Shown: positions 51,613 to 62,256 of the stretch, piece by piece
How positions within the stretch are numbered: the first letter of the stretch is position 1
How the letters are laid out: each line of letters begins with the position of its first letter
Assembly: GCA_965660855.1 (NCBI GenBank)
Contig: CBFIBM010000002.1
Span: 32,001-96,000 of the forward strand
Origin: an uncultured bacterium
GTDB lineage: Bacteria > Fidelibacterota > Marinisomatia > Marinisomatales > UBA1611
Reading direction: 5' to 3'
DNA length: 64,000 nt
The notes under the pieces: model-generated
Database searches by the model: none
Told to the model about the DNA's origin: nothing
Seen by the model: the letters and a program-made list of their open reading frames with translations, nothing else
Program-made: the position numbers and the translations under genes

Positions 51613-52788
51613 ATGAGTAAACTTTTATTTACATCTGAGTCCGTAACTGAAGGTCATCCTGATAAAGCATGCGATGCATTCTCAGATGCTATTTTGGATA
51701 GTATTCTTGAACAAGATACAGAAGCACATGTTGCATGTGAATCTCTAGCAACAAAAGGTCTTGTTGTTGTTTCAGGAGAGATTAGAACATCAGCAAATAT
51801 TAATGTTGAAAGTATAATCAAAGATACAATTAGGTATATCGGCTACCACAAAGGAAATAGTGGTGTTGATCCAATTAAAGTTGAAATTTTAAATCATCTT
51901 CACGAGCAAAGTCATGAAATTGCACAAGGGGTTGATTCCGAAAGTATCTCTGATCAAGGTGCAGGAGACCAAGGTCTTATGTTTGGATATGCATGTAAAG
52001 AAACTCCAGAATTAATGCCTCTTCCTATTCAAATTTCTCATAGACTTACAGAAAAATTATCCGTTTTAAGAAAAGATGGTTCTTTACCATGGTTAAGGCC
52101 TGATGGTAAATCACAGGTTTCAGTTTTTTATGAAAATGGTATTCCTAAATCTATAGATAAAACTGTAATTGCAACCCAGCATGATGATATGCTAGATAAA
52201 TATGGTTCAGAAGAAAAAGAATTGGAATTCGTGAAAAGTGAAATTGAAAACAAAGTAATTATACCAGTTTTAGAGTCATATGGATATGATTATAAAAATG
52301 AATTTATTGTTAATGGAACTGGTCGTTTTGTTTATGGTGGTCCAGAAGCTGATACTGGTTTAACTGGAAGAAAAATCATTGTTGATACTTATGGTGGCTA
52401 TGCCCCTCACGGTGGGGGAGCATTTTCAGGTAAAGATTCATCTAAAGTAGATCGCAGTGCAACTTATATGGCAAGATATATTGCAAAGAATATTGTTGCA
52501 TCTGAATTAGCTGAAAAATGTGAGGTCCAACTTTCATACGGTATAGGTGTAGCAGAACCTACATCTTTTTACGTAAAAACATTCAATACCGGGAAAGTAG
52601 ATGATGAATCTCTTACAAAAATTGCAAGAGAAATTTTTCCAATAAGACCTGGTGAAATAGTTAAACACCTAGACCTAAAAAAACCACGTTATAGAAATAC
52701 TGCGGCTTATGGCCATTTTGGAAGAGAACTAGAAGAGTTTACATGGGAAAAAATCGATATGGTTAATTCTCTACAATCAAAAATATAG
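51613..52788 (+). CDS. metK: S-adenosylmethionine synthetase
   Basis: [28 protein letters not shown]. Confidence 0.98.
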   Translation: MSKLLFTSESVTEGHPDKACDAFSDAILDSILEQDTEAHVACESLATKGLVVVSGEIRTSANINVESIIKDTIRYIGYHKGNSGVDPIKVEILNHLHEQSHEIAQGVDSESISDQGAGDQGLMFGYACKETPELMPLPIQISHRLTEKLSVLRKDGSLPWLRPDGKSQVSVFYENGIPKSIDKTVIATQHDDMLDKYGSEEKELEFVKSEIENKVIIPVLESYGYDYKNEFIVNGTGRFVYGGPEADTGLTGRKIIVDTYGGYAPHGGGAFSGKDSSKVDRSATYMARYIAKNIVASELAEKCEVQLSYGIGVAEPTSFYVKTFNTGKVDDESLTKIAREIFPIRPGEIVKHLDLKKPRYRNTAAYGHFGRELEEFTWEKIDMVNSLQSKI

Positions 52789-52795
52789 GAAAAAA

Positions 52796-54238
52796 ATGAG
52801 TAATACAATTATTAAAGAAATAGTAGAAAATCTACCTTATAAAGTTAGAGATATTTCCCTTGCATCTGATGGTCGTAAATCATTAAATATTTCAGAAAAA
52901 GAGATGCCTGGATTAATGGCAACAAGGGAAAAATATGGTCAAGAAAAACCTTTAGCAGGTAAAAAAATTACCGGTTCACTTCACATGACTGTGGAGACAG
53001 CAATTTTAATTGAAACATTAGTTGAATTAGGAGCAGATGTGCGTTGGGCAAGTTGTAATATCTTTTCAACTCAAGATGAGGCTGCAGCCGTTATAGCTGA
53101 AGCAGGAATACCTGTTTTTGCTTGGAAAGGTGAGACTCTTGAAGAATACTGGTGGTGTACAATGCAAGCACTTACATTTCCCGATGGTTCAGGACCAGAT
53201 TTAATAGTAGATGATGGTGGAGATGCCACACTACTTATTCATAAAGGTTATGAATTAGAAAAATATTTTGCTAAGAACGGAACAACGCCTGAAATCAAAA
53301 CAAATGTAGAAGAAGAAATCATTGTAGAAAAGTTAATTAGAGAGGTACTTGAAAAAGATCCGAACCATTGGTTTAAAGTTCAAAAAAATATAATAGGAGT
53401 ATCTGAAGAGACAACAACGGGCGTACATAGACTTGTTCAGATGGAGAAGGAAGGCAAATTACTTTTCCCTGCTTACAATGTAAATGATTCCGTTACAAAA
53501 TCTAAATTTGATAATGTATATGGCTGTAGAGAATCACTTGCAGACGGTTTAAAAAGGTCTCTAGATGTAATGCTTGCTGGAAAAACTATTGTTGTTTGTG
53601 GATATGGAGATGTAGGTAGAGGATGTGCCCAATCTATGAAAGGGTATGGAGCAAGAGTAATTGTTACTGAAATTGATCCAATTTGTGCACTACAGGCTGC
53701 AATGGAAGGGTTTGAAGTAAATACTCTTGAAAATTCAATCAAAGAAGCACATATATTTGTTACTACTACTGGAAATAAAGATGTTATAACAACGGCTCAT
53801 ATGCATAAAATGAATGACCAATCTATAGTATGTAATATCGGACATTTTGATAATGAAATCCAAGTTTATGCCTTAAACAGTGATCAGAGTGTAAAAAAAG
53901 AGGAAGTAAAGCCACAAGTTGATCAATACACTTTTCCTAATGGAAATAAAATATTCATTTTAGCAGAAGGTAGGTTAGTTAACTTAGGTTGTGCTACCGG
54001 TCATTCAAGTTTTGTAATGTCTAATTCCTTTACAAATCAAGTTCTTGCTCAATTGGCTTTGGCTGCAGATGCTCCTGAGGTTGGTGTTTACATGCTTCCA
54101 AAAGAATTAGATGAAGAGGTCGCTAGATTACATTTAGATCATCTTGGAGTAGTTCTTACTGAATTATCTGATGAACAAGCTGACTATATTGGGGTTCCCA
54201 AAGAGGGTCCTTATAAACCAGATCACTACAGATATTAA
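52796..54238 (+). CDS. ahcY: Adenosylhomocysteinase
   Basis: [41 protein letters not shown]. Confidence 0.98.
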   Translation: MSNTIIKEIVENLPYKVRDISLASDGRKSLNISEKEMPGLMATREKYGQEKPLAGKKITGSLHMTVETAILIETLVELGADVRWASCNIFSTQDEAAAVIAEAGIPVFAWKGETLEEYWWCTMQALTFPDGSGPDLIVDDGGDATLLIHKGYELEKYFAKNGTTPEIKTNVEEEIIVEKLIREVLEKDPNHWFKVQKNIIGVSEETTTGVHRLVQMEKEGKLLFPAYNVNDSVTKSKFDNVYGCRESLADGLKRSLDVMLAGKTIVVCGYGDVGRGCAQSMKGYGARVIVTEIDPICALQAAMEGFEVNTLENSIKEAHIFVTTTGNKDVITTAHMHKMNDQSIVCNIGHFDNEIQVYALNSDQSVKKEEVKPQVDQYTFPNGNKIFILAEGRLVNLGCATGHSSFVMSNSFTNQVLAQLALAADAPEVGVYMLPKELDEEVARLHLDHLGVVLTELSDEQADYIGVPKEGPYKPDHYRY

Positions 54239-54263
54239 TATAAGATTAATAAAAACAATAATT

Positions 54264-54297
54264 AACCCCAGTTAATTAGCTGGGGTTTTTTGTTTTT
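54264..54297 (+). terminator. Intrinsic terminator of the met operon
   Basis: AACCCCAG-TTAATTAG-CTGGGGTT followed by a T-rich tract after ahcY. Confidence 0.88.
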
Positions 54298-54357
54298 GTA
54301 TCTATCATAATAATTCTACAAATTCTATAGCGGAAGTCCAATAAATTTTGGCATAAC

Positions 54358-57300
54358 ATGAAGGTAAAACCGAGACATATTTTATTACGCATTAAAAAGG
54401 GTATTTTATATCCATCACTTGTAGCTACACTACTAAGTACAGTAGCGTGTGATTTTGATATTCCAAATAAATTTGAAATGCCTACCTGGTATTTGGAATT
54501 AAAGATTCCTCTTCTACAAACAAAACTTCCCATGACAGACCTTGTCGATTCATTAACAATTTTCCCTAAGGATAGTCTAGGATTTCAAATTATTCAATCT
54601 GGATCGATGCCAGCAACAGAGCTTCCAACTTTGCCTTCAATTCCAGTAGGGCTTGACCAAGCAATTTCATCAGGTGAAATTCCAGGAGTTTCGCTTAATA
54701 TACCCATTCCACTTCCTGACCCAGTTGAAACAAAAATACCAGTTGTTAATACAGAAATACAATATTTAGATACAACAGATATAAAAGATCCTTTAACTGG
54801 TATTATCCTTGCTGATTATACGCCTTTTAATTTTCCTAACTTGGATACAGTAGTGATGGATTCTCAGACATATAATGCATTAATTGTAGCTCCTTTTAAT
54901 ATAATTGTTGAAGGAATATTTACTGATTTAGCTACACAAATTGAAATTGGTTTATCAAATATCGAGCCTCCCTCAGACCCACCAATTATAGCAAGTATTG
55001 ATACTTTAATCATCGCTACCGATGAAGAAAATAGTATTTACAGAACATTATTTAAAAATAATTACATTCCAACAAATGTTGAGGGAATTTTTTCGCATTT
55101 GGTTACAGGAAATTTTCAGCCATTGCAAGATACTCTAGCTAATCATAATAAAGTACCATCACTAAGTAATGGTGAAACATACGCGGATACAACATCTTTA
55201 TCTGGAAAAGGATTAACTAATTTTCTTAAAATAGCAAGTAGCCTCTCACTTCAAAAAGCAACTACAGAATATATTACAATTCCACCTTTACTAGAACCTG
55301 ATTTGATGTGGGTCGATTTTCATTTTTTATTTAGTATACCTGGGATAGGAGCTATAGATATAACAACAAATAATTATTCAATGTCAGATGGAATCGAAAT
55401 GCCAGATATGAGATTGCCTGAGATGGATATGTCAGAATCAGGTATTACAAAAATGGAAATTTATAGAAATATAATTAAATCAGCTGAGCTTGGAGCCTTA
55501 GATTTTGAAAATAAATTAATAATTCAAAATTTAGCTAGTACTTTTCCTTTTGATTTAGAATTTTTATTAGATTTTCAAAACTTTTTCCCACCAAGTGGAA
55601 ATGAGTTAGTTCGAATTGATACTATTTTAAGAGCTGGCGTAGAAATTAATAAAATATTTAACTTAGCCGGAGATACTTTACAAAGTATTGTTCCGGATAA
55701 TAATAATGATTCTTGGCCAGATAGTGCATTTACAAGTTTTGATCTAATTTTAGATATTACGGTACCTACTCAAAAAGCTAGAATTCCTCTTGATGGTACT
55801 CCCCTTGGTGAGTTTACTATGAACATGAACCTACAGCAATTGTCTTTCTCTGAAATTGGTGCCAATATGTATATGGAAATGCCTGCAGATGAAACTTCCC
55901 AAGAATTTCCTCCAGGATTTACAGGTGCAATACCTACAGAAGCAGAGTTTAATTTAATATTTAAAAATCAGATTCAGCTTCCAATTCAGATGTCTATGCA
56001 ATTTAAAGGTTATAACTCTTTAGGTGAGTTAACATATGTACCTGTCAATATTGATACAATGGGTCTTCCATTAACAAGTAGTGATTTGGATACGGCGGTT
56101 ACAGTAATTTCATTAAATAAATTAGGGACGACAATTTCTATTTTTAATGAAATTGATTTATTTAATTCATATTTATTAGATCCTTTGGAAGTATCTCCTT
56201 CATTTACAAAAACAGAAGTTCCATGCGATACTTGTTCATCTATAATTGATTTATTAGCATCTAACCCTGTACAATTGGTAATAGTTCCAGAAGTTAAAAT
56301 TGATGGACGAGGATCTATTACTGCAAATAAAGCAATAGCTGGTGGATTTGAAGTAAAAATACCATTTATTCTACAAATAGAGCCAATGGCCTTTTTAGGA
56401 GGAACTGCTACGGAGATTAAGCCATTTGATCATCAAACTAGATATAAAATAAGAAATAGCCTTTTAGAGACTAGTCTAGTATCAACAATCACCAATGCAA
56501 TGCCATTTGGTGCTGAGGTGTCTGTATTGATGAGTAATTTAGAATTTTTTCCTACAGATACATCTAGAGAACAGTTAAACTTTTTTCGAGATACTTTAAT
56601 AAGTCAAGGTAAATTATCTATGGGAGATAGTTTATATATTGTTAGAGAGTGCAATGAAATATCTCCTGATAGCAGTGCAGTTTATGTCTTTAATGTAATG
56701 ACAGATTTTTCTGATTGTATAAATGGCTTACCATATATTGTAAAATCTAATGGTGTATCAAGAGATACAATATTTTCTTACGTAGATACATTATTTAAAT
56801 TTACTCTTCCAGATCCAGAATCCTATTATGGTGCAAATGATACTACTGGATATCCCCAAGGTATGGTAGCTATCCCTGGAACTGGGGTTTATCCAAGCAC
56901 TATTGACACCTCTCAGATTTTTCTGTTAACTGACTTTGGTTCTCATTACACTATGCCAAGATTTTATTTACCCGGAACTGGAAATAAATCTGTTTTTCTA
57001 TCCAAAGATGATTACTTGGATATAAGCTCATTTATAACATTTACATTAAGTAGCTCTGGCGCTTTTGGGTCTGCAGCTAATGAATTACTAATAATTTCAC
57101 CAAATGGAACAGAAACTTTTTATGATGATGAAGAATTGAATATAAAGTGGGTAGCATTAGGGGAAAGCGAAGAAAAAGTTGATTTATTTTATTCAACTTC
57201 AACTGATTCCAGTACTTATAAAAAAAGCTTGGATTCATGTAAGCAAACTACTGATTGGATTTTAATAGAAAATGGGTTGACCAGTGTAGCAGATACAAAT

Positions 57301-57483
57301 TCATATTCTTGGTCACTATCTAATCTCTCCTTTCAGGACTCGTTAAAAATTAGACTTAAAGTAGTGTACTCTAATGGTGAAGCTTGTGATATCAACGGTT
57401 ATTTTGTGAATATAAAGAAAAGGTCTCTTTCTAGGGGATTTGCAATATCTAGAAAGTATAAAGTCAGTAGTAGTTTCAAATGA
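54358..57483 (+). CDS. Large acidic lipoprotein of unknown function
   Basis: 1041-aa ORF; basic then hydrophobic signal ending TVAC (Cys31); beta-rich; C-terminal ISPNG.E...IKW Ig-like module. Confidence 0.7.
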   Translation: MKVKPRHILLRIKKGILYPSLVATLLSTVACDFDIPNKFEMPTWYLELKIPLLQTKLPMTDLVDSLTIFPKDSLGFQIIQSGSMPATELPTLPSIPVGLDQAISSGEIPGVSLNIPIPLPDPVETKIPVVNTEIQYLDTTDIKDPLTGIILADYTPFNFPNLDTVVMDSQTYNALIVAPFNIIVEGIFTDLATQIEIGLSNIEPPSDPPIIASIDTLIIATDEENSIYRTLFKNNYIPTNVEGIFSHLVTGNFQPLQDTLANHNKVPSLSNGETYADTTSLSGKGLTNFLKIASSLSLQKATTEYITIPPLLEPDLMWVDFHFLFSIPGIGAIDITTNNYSMSDGIEMPDMRLPEMDMSESGITKMEIYRNIIKSAELGALDFENKLIIQNLASTFPFDLEFLLDFQNFFPPSGNELVRIDTILRAGVEINKIFNLAGDTLQSIVPDNNNDSWPDSAFTSFDLILDITVPTQKARIPLDGTPLGEFTMNMNLQQLSFSEIGANMYMEMPADETSQEFPPGFTGAIPTEAEFNLIFKNQIQLPIQMSMQFKGYNSLGELTYVPVNIDTMGLPLTSSDLDTAVTVISLNKLGTTISIFNEIDLFNSYLLDPLEVSPSFTKTEVPCDTCSSIIDLLASNPVQLVIVPEVKIDGRGSITANKAIAGGFEVKIPFILQIEPMAFLGGTATEIKPFDHQTRYKIRNSLLETSLVSTITNAMPFGAEVSVLMSNLEFFPTDTSREQLNFFRDTLISQGKLSMGDSLYIVRECNEISPDSSAVYVFNVMTDFSDCINGLPYIVKSNGVSRDTIFSYVDTLFKFTLPDPESYYGANDTTGYPQGMVAIPGTGVYPSTIDTSQIFLLTDFGSHYTMPRFYLPGTGNKSVFLSKDDYLDISSFITFTLSSSGAFGSAANELLIISPNGTETFYDDEELNIKWVALGESEEKVDLFYSTSTDSSTYKKSLDSCKQTTDWILIENGLTSVADTNSYSWSLSNLSFQDSLKIRLKVVYSNGEACDINGYFVNIKKRSLSRGFAISRKYKVSSSFK

Positions 57484-58823
57484 AATATTTTCTAATTATT
57501 ATTTTTATTATAACAAACTTGAATATTAAATCTCAAACAAAAAGGGATCCTCGTGTAGTTGGAATGGCTGGTGCATACACAACCATAGCAAATGGAATTT
57601 TTTCAATTGGTTACAATCCCGGTTTAATTGGTCTTCAACAACATGATCCAATGATGATACAAGGATTTCAGTTGGATTTTGGTATTCTTGGAAACTTTTT
57701 CTCAATAGAAAATATAGCTCAATACAGTGGAGATACACTTAATACAAGAGAGAAAAATAAATTGTTCAAAGAATTAAAAGATGAAGATGGATTATCTTTT
57801 TTTATGGATACACATATGCCAATACCATTGTTGAATATCTCAAAAGGAAACATGGCTTTTACTGCAAATAATATTATTTTACAAAATTATAGACTTCCAT
57901 TAGGCCTACTTGAATTTATATTTTACGGTAACGGACAAAAAGATAATTTAGACCTTGAATTTAATTATGAAATAGTGGGACTTAATGAATTTGGATTTTC
58001 TTTTGGAATTCCCTTCAAAAGTATGTCTTGGGGAGTTACGGCCAAGTATATGCAAGGTCTCTTTTATTTAGGAGTTGATGAGGATTCGTCATCCTCAACT
58101 CTTATTACAGATGATTTAGGAATTTATGGTTCAGGAAATTATATAATAAGGCAGGGTGTTGGTGGATCAGGGTTTGGATTTGATTTAGGAGTAGTTTCTA
58201 GGCCGTATAAAGGATGGCAATTTGGAGCTTCAGTAATAAATTTGACAGGAAGTATCAGATGGAAGCAGGGAGGTGGTGAATCGACGAAAAGTCTCAATCC
58301 ATTAACCTCTTCTTTTTATCCCTTTCAATGGGGCGATAGTACTCTTAACTCAAATGAATCTATTTTATATACATTTCAGATTGATACAATAAGAGCAGAT
58401 AAACTAAGTGAGGGTGAATTATTTACCAATGAAACATCTTTTTTTGTTCCAAAGAATACCACTGAATTTGTTACAAGAGTTCCGGCTATTTTTAGGTTAG
58501 GTGCAAGTCGTAAAATGGATAGTTTTTTAATAGCTTCTGATTTAGTAGCGGGTTTTGAAAATTCATATTATGCAAGAAAACAATGGAAGTGGTCAATTGC
58601 AACTGAATGGTCAAAAATTGAGACCGTTCCAATGCGTATTGGATTTGGATGGGGAGGTGGAGATTTTAAAGAATTAGGAATGGGATTTGGACTTAAAAAA
58701 GGTCCTATTATGTTTGATTTAGGGTTTTCTTTTCGAAATGGAATGTGGTTACATACAATGAAAGGATTTAACTTTTCATTTGGATTTACTTATGTTGGTA
58801 AAGAGAAAAAGAAGAGTGGATAA
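57480..58823 (+). CDS. Outer-membrane beta-barrel (FadL/PorV/TraF-like N-terminus; DUF5723-like)
   Basis: Signal peptide, PRVVGMAGAY...GYNPG hatch-like motif, GFGFDLG and alternating amphipathic strands. Confidence 0.7.
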   Translation: MKYFLIIIFIITNLNIKSQTKRDPRVVGMAGAYTTIANGIFSIGYNPGLIGLQQHDPMMIQGFQLDFGILGNFFSIENIAQYSGDTLNTREKNKLFKELKDEDGLSFFMDTHMPIPLLNISKGNMAFTANNIILQNYRLPLGLLEFIFYGNGQKDNLDLEFNYEIVGLNEFGFSFGIPFKSMSWGVTAKYMQGLFYLGVDEDSSSSTLITDDLGIYGSGNYIIRQGVGGSGFGFDLGVVSRPYKGWQFGASVINLTGSIRWKQGGGESTKSLNPLTSSFYPFQWGDSTLNSNESILYTFQIDTIRADKLSEGELFTNETSFFVPKNTTEFVTRVPAIFRLGASRKMDSFLIASDLVAGFENSYYARKQWKWSIATEWSKIETVPMRIGFGWGGGDFKELGMGFGLKKGPIMFDLGFSFRNGMWLHTMKGFNFSFGFTYVGKEKKKSG

Positions 58824-58852
58824 ATCCCACAAACGAAAGGAATTATATAATC

Positions 58853-59956
58853 CTAAGTTTTTGCACGCCATAATAAGAATAGACCACATAAAAAAAATAC
58901 AATATTTCCAATCCATGCGGATAATAAAGGTCCAATTATTCCTTTAAAACCCAGAGATTGACCAAATTTTATGAATGCGTAGTATCCAAAAATAACAAAA
59001 ACACTAGCGCCTGCTCCAAAAGACAGACTATTTTCTTCTTTATATAAAACTAATGGAATTCCAAACAAAACAACAATTAAATTTGTAAATGCAAAGGATA
59101 TTTTCATGTAGCGAGTTACTTCCCACTTGATTGTATCTACTCCATTACTTTTGAGTTCATTAATTCTGCTGGTTAACTTAAAAAAATCAAGTTCGTCAGG
59201 TTTTCTTGCCTGTTTTTGAATTTCTTGAGGTGTAAACCCAAGGTCAATTAAAGTATCTGACTTACTTATTATAGTTGAGTCCTCAATTCCATTTAAATTA
59301 AAAATTCTTAATGAATAATCAGCCATTATCCATTTATTTGATTCATTATCCCATTCAATTTTTTTCGCGTCTATTCTTTCTTTCATTGCTCCTTCTTTTA
59401 ATTCAATTATGGTTAAATCATTACCAAATTGTTTCTTAATGGAATAATATGAAAGAGAAATGTGATTGGTGGATTCTTTTTGGAGAAAAATATTTTTAAG
59501 TGAATTTTTCAGTTTATGCCTAGATTTTCTCTTTACATAATCTCTATCAATTTCAAACCTCTTTTCATTTCCATATGAAACTAAGAGGTTATCAAGAGAG
59601 AATGAAATTGCAGAGATGATAAATCCTAGAATTAAAAGAGTAGATGTTATCCTGTATAAACTAATCCCGGATGCTTTGATAGCTGTCCATTCATTTTTCT
59701 TAACCATCGTACCAATACTAAAAATCGTTGATAGTAAAACAGACATTGGCAAGCCAATACTTATAAAGTATGGTATTGTGTATATGTAATATTTAAAAAC
59801 AATATAAAAAGAAACCTTATTATCCATAAAACGGTCTAAATTTTCAATAAGATCAACAATTAAAAATATTGAAACAAATCCAAAGACTGATAGTCCGAGA
59901 ATTACTAAAAATTGATGAATGATATATTGGTCTAACTTTTTTAACATTAAATTCAT
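58853..59956 (-). CDS. lptG: LPS export ABC transporter permease, LptG-like
   Basis: LDQYI, NEWTAIKASGISLYRI, 3+3 TM layout around a periplasmic domain, AWIGN. Confidence 0.82.
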   Translation of the reverse strand: MNLMLKKLDQYIIHQFLVILGLSVFGFVSIFLIVDLIENLDRFMDNKVSFYIVFKYYIYTIPYFISIGLPMSVLLSTIFSIGTMVKKNEWTAIKASGISLYRITSTLLILGFIISAISFSLDNLLVSYGNEKRFEIDRDYVKRKSRHKLKNSLKNIFLQKESTNHISLSYYSIKKQFGNDLTIIELKEGAMKERIDAKKIEWDNESNKWIMADYSLRIFNLNGIEDSTIISKSDTLIDLGFTPQEIQKQARKPDELDFFKLTSRINELKSNGVDTIKWEVTRYMKISFAFTNLIVVLFGIPLVLYKEENSLSFGAGASVFVIFGYYAFIKFGQSLGFKGIIGPLLSAWIGNIVFFLCGLFLLWRAKT

Positions 59957-59998
59957 AGTGAATTTGATAATAATGAATGAAAAATAAAAAGGTTCAGA

Positions 59999-61360
59999 AT
60001 GGTTTTTTATAATATCTTAAATAATTCAATTTCGCAGCTTTCAAGTATGCTTTGGAGCATGCCATTAGTTATACTTCTTCTTGGAGGCGGTATTTTTTTC
60101 TCTTTTTATAGTCGTTTCACTCCATTACTTTACTTTAAACATGCTTTATTAGTTTTAATGGGTAATTATGATTCCGATGATGATCCAGGTCAAATAACTC
60201 ATTTTCAGGCATTATCAAGTGCACTCGCTGGTACTGTAGGGATGGGTAATATTGCGGGAGTAGCTGTAGCAATAAACACGGGTGGTCCAGGGGCAGTTTT
60301 TTGGATGTGGATTACTGCTGTAATAGGAATGAGTACAAAATTTTTTACTTGTACTCTTGCATTGATGTATAGAGGCTACGATGATCAAGGTGAGATACAA
60401 GGCGGTGTCATGTATTATATCCAGGAAGGTTTGGGCCAAAAATATAAATTTTTAGCTAAAATGTTTAGTGCTTCAGGCTTATTTGGATGTATTTGTTTTT
60501 TTCAAGCAAACCAGTTAGCACAAATTGTAAAAGATTTTTTTTATACTCCTTTAGATTTATTTCAAGAGAACCCATTTACTGGAAATTTAATTACCGGTCT
60601 AATTATTGCAGTTATAGTTGGAAGTGTAATTTTTGGAGGAATTCAGAGGATTGCAAAGGTTGCTAGTCGGCTAGTACCGACAATGGTAGCGCTATATTTT
60701 TTAGCTGCTATGATTATTCTAAGTAAAAATTTTATAGAAATACCTAAAATATTAAGTTTAATCATTTCTGACGCATTCTCAGGTAAAGCGGTTGCAGGCG
60801 GTGCAGTAGGAAGTGTAATTATAATTGGGGTAAAAAGAGGTTTGTTTTCAAATGAGGCAGGTACTGGTACCGAAACAATGGCTCATGGTGCTGCTAAAAC
60901 AAAAGAACCTGTAAGAGAAGGTTTAGTAGCAATGTTAGGACCATTTATTGATACTATAATTGTATGTTCGATTACAGCTTTTATAATATTAATCAGTGGT
61001 GTATACGTAGAAAATTTAAATGGGGTAAGTATGACAGCTGCTGCATTTAAAATGGAATTAGGTATTCCAGGACAGGTATTTCTTTCTATAGCAGTTCTCA
61101 CATTTGCATTTTCAACTATGTTTGGTTATTCATATTATGGACAAAAATGTGTTTCATATCTTTTTGGAACAAAATGGAAAAAACCATATAATTGGTTCTA
61201 TGTATTAATGCTTATAATCGCATCTATTTCATCCATAGATATAGCAGTAAATTTTGTAGATAGTGCATATGCATTAATGGTGATACCCACAATGTTTAGT
61301 TCATTGGCTCTTGCTCCCAAAGTTATGAAAGAAGCAAAGAGATATTTTTCAACTATTTAA
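59999..61360 (+). CDS. Alanine/glycine:cation symporter (AGCS)
   Basis: GTVGMGNIAGVA, GGPGAVFWMW, RGLFSNEAGTG, FIDTIIVC. Confidence 0.95.
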   Translation: MVFYNILNNSISQLSSMLWSMPLVILLLGGGIFFSFYSRFTPLLYFKHALLVLMGNYDSDDDPGQITHFQALSSALAGTVGMGNIAGVAVAINTGGPGAVFWMWITAVIGMSTKFFTCTLALMYRGYDDQGEIQGGVMYYIQEGLGQKYKFLAKMFSASGLFGCICFFQANQLAQIVKDFFYTPLDLFQENPFTGNLITGLIIAVIVGSVIFGGIQRIAKVASRLVPTMVALYFLAAMIILSKNFIEIPKILSLIISDAFSGKAVAGGAVGSVIIIGVKRGLFSNEAGTGTETMAHGAAKTKEPVREGLVAMLGPFIDTIIVCSITAFIILISGVYVENLNGVSMTAAAFKMELGIPGQVFLSIAVLTFAFSTMFGYSYYGQKCVSYLFGTKWKKPYNWFYVLMLIIASISSIDIAVNFVDSAYALMVIPTMFSSLALAPKVMKEAKRYFSTI

Positions 61361-62236
61361 ATTTCCATGTAACAGGCACCAACCTTTCATTTCGTCAATT
61401 AATTTTAAATCAATCCATTCTTTATACTTCTCAATAATTGTATCTACTTGATTAATTAATATTCCGGATAATAATATTTCTCTTTTAGTTAAAATTTTAA
61501 AATCTTTTGACAAACTAATTAGAATGGATGCAAGAATATTTGATATAACAATATCATATTTATTTTGAAGATTAAAATCTTTGGGTAACCAATATTTAAT
61601 ATCAACTTCATTTAAAAAATTGTTATAATTAGCATTTTTAATTGCATTCGAGTCAATCTCTACACCAGTTACCTGACAATTAAAGATCTTATTTGAAGCT
61701 ATGGATAGAATACCAGATCCAGAACCATAGTCAAGTAACCTAGTATTTCTTTTTAATTTTTTTTCAATCCATTTAAGACAAAGTTTTGTTGTCGGGTGCG
61801 AACCAGTACCAAATCCACCACCAGGTTCAATTTTTATGGTATTTCCCTGAAAATTTTTATCTTTAACCCATGAGGGAATAATTCTTAATGAATTAGATAT
61901 TCTAATTTCTTTAAACATTGATTGAGTATATGTTACCCAGTCCTGATCTTCGAATATTTCTTCGCGGTAGAAAGGTTCTTGCATTAATCCAAGGATTGAT
62001 TTTACTTCAGAAATTAATTTATTTGTTGAAACCTTACCATCTACAAGCAAAATAATTTTGTGAGTTTCATTACTTATTTTAGATGGACTTTTGGGATCAT
62101 CGAACCAATCAGATTCATTTAAAATTCTTTTATCTTGAATTGTTACAGAAGTAACATTCAAATATGAGAGTGTTTGAAAAGCCTCTTTAAGATCATAGTT
62201 ATCTAAAATAAGACTTATATTTTTCCAGTGGCTCAT
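61349..62236 (-). CDS. prmA: Ribosomal protein L11 methyltransferase
   Basis: EDQDW, PGGGFGTGSHPTT, LDYGSGSGIL, SNILA, LSGIL. Confidence 0.93.
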   Translation of the reverse strand: MSHWKNISLILDNYDLKEAFQTLSYLNVTSVTIQDKRILNESDWFDDPKSPSKISNETHKIILLVDGKVSTNKLISEVKSILGLMQEPFYREEIFEDQDWVTYTQSMFKEIRISNSLRIIPSWVKDKNFQGNTIKIEPGGGFGTGSHPTTKLCLKWIEKKLKRNTRLLDYGSGSGILSIASNKIFNCQVTGVEIDSNAIKNANYNNFLNEVDIKYWLPKDFNLQNKYDIVISNILASILISLSKDFKILTKREILLSGILINQVDTIIEKYKEWIDLKLIDEMKGWCLLHGNLNS

Positions 62237-62256
62237 AGATTAGTAATTTACGACCT

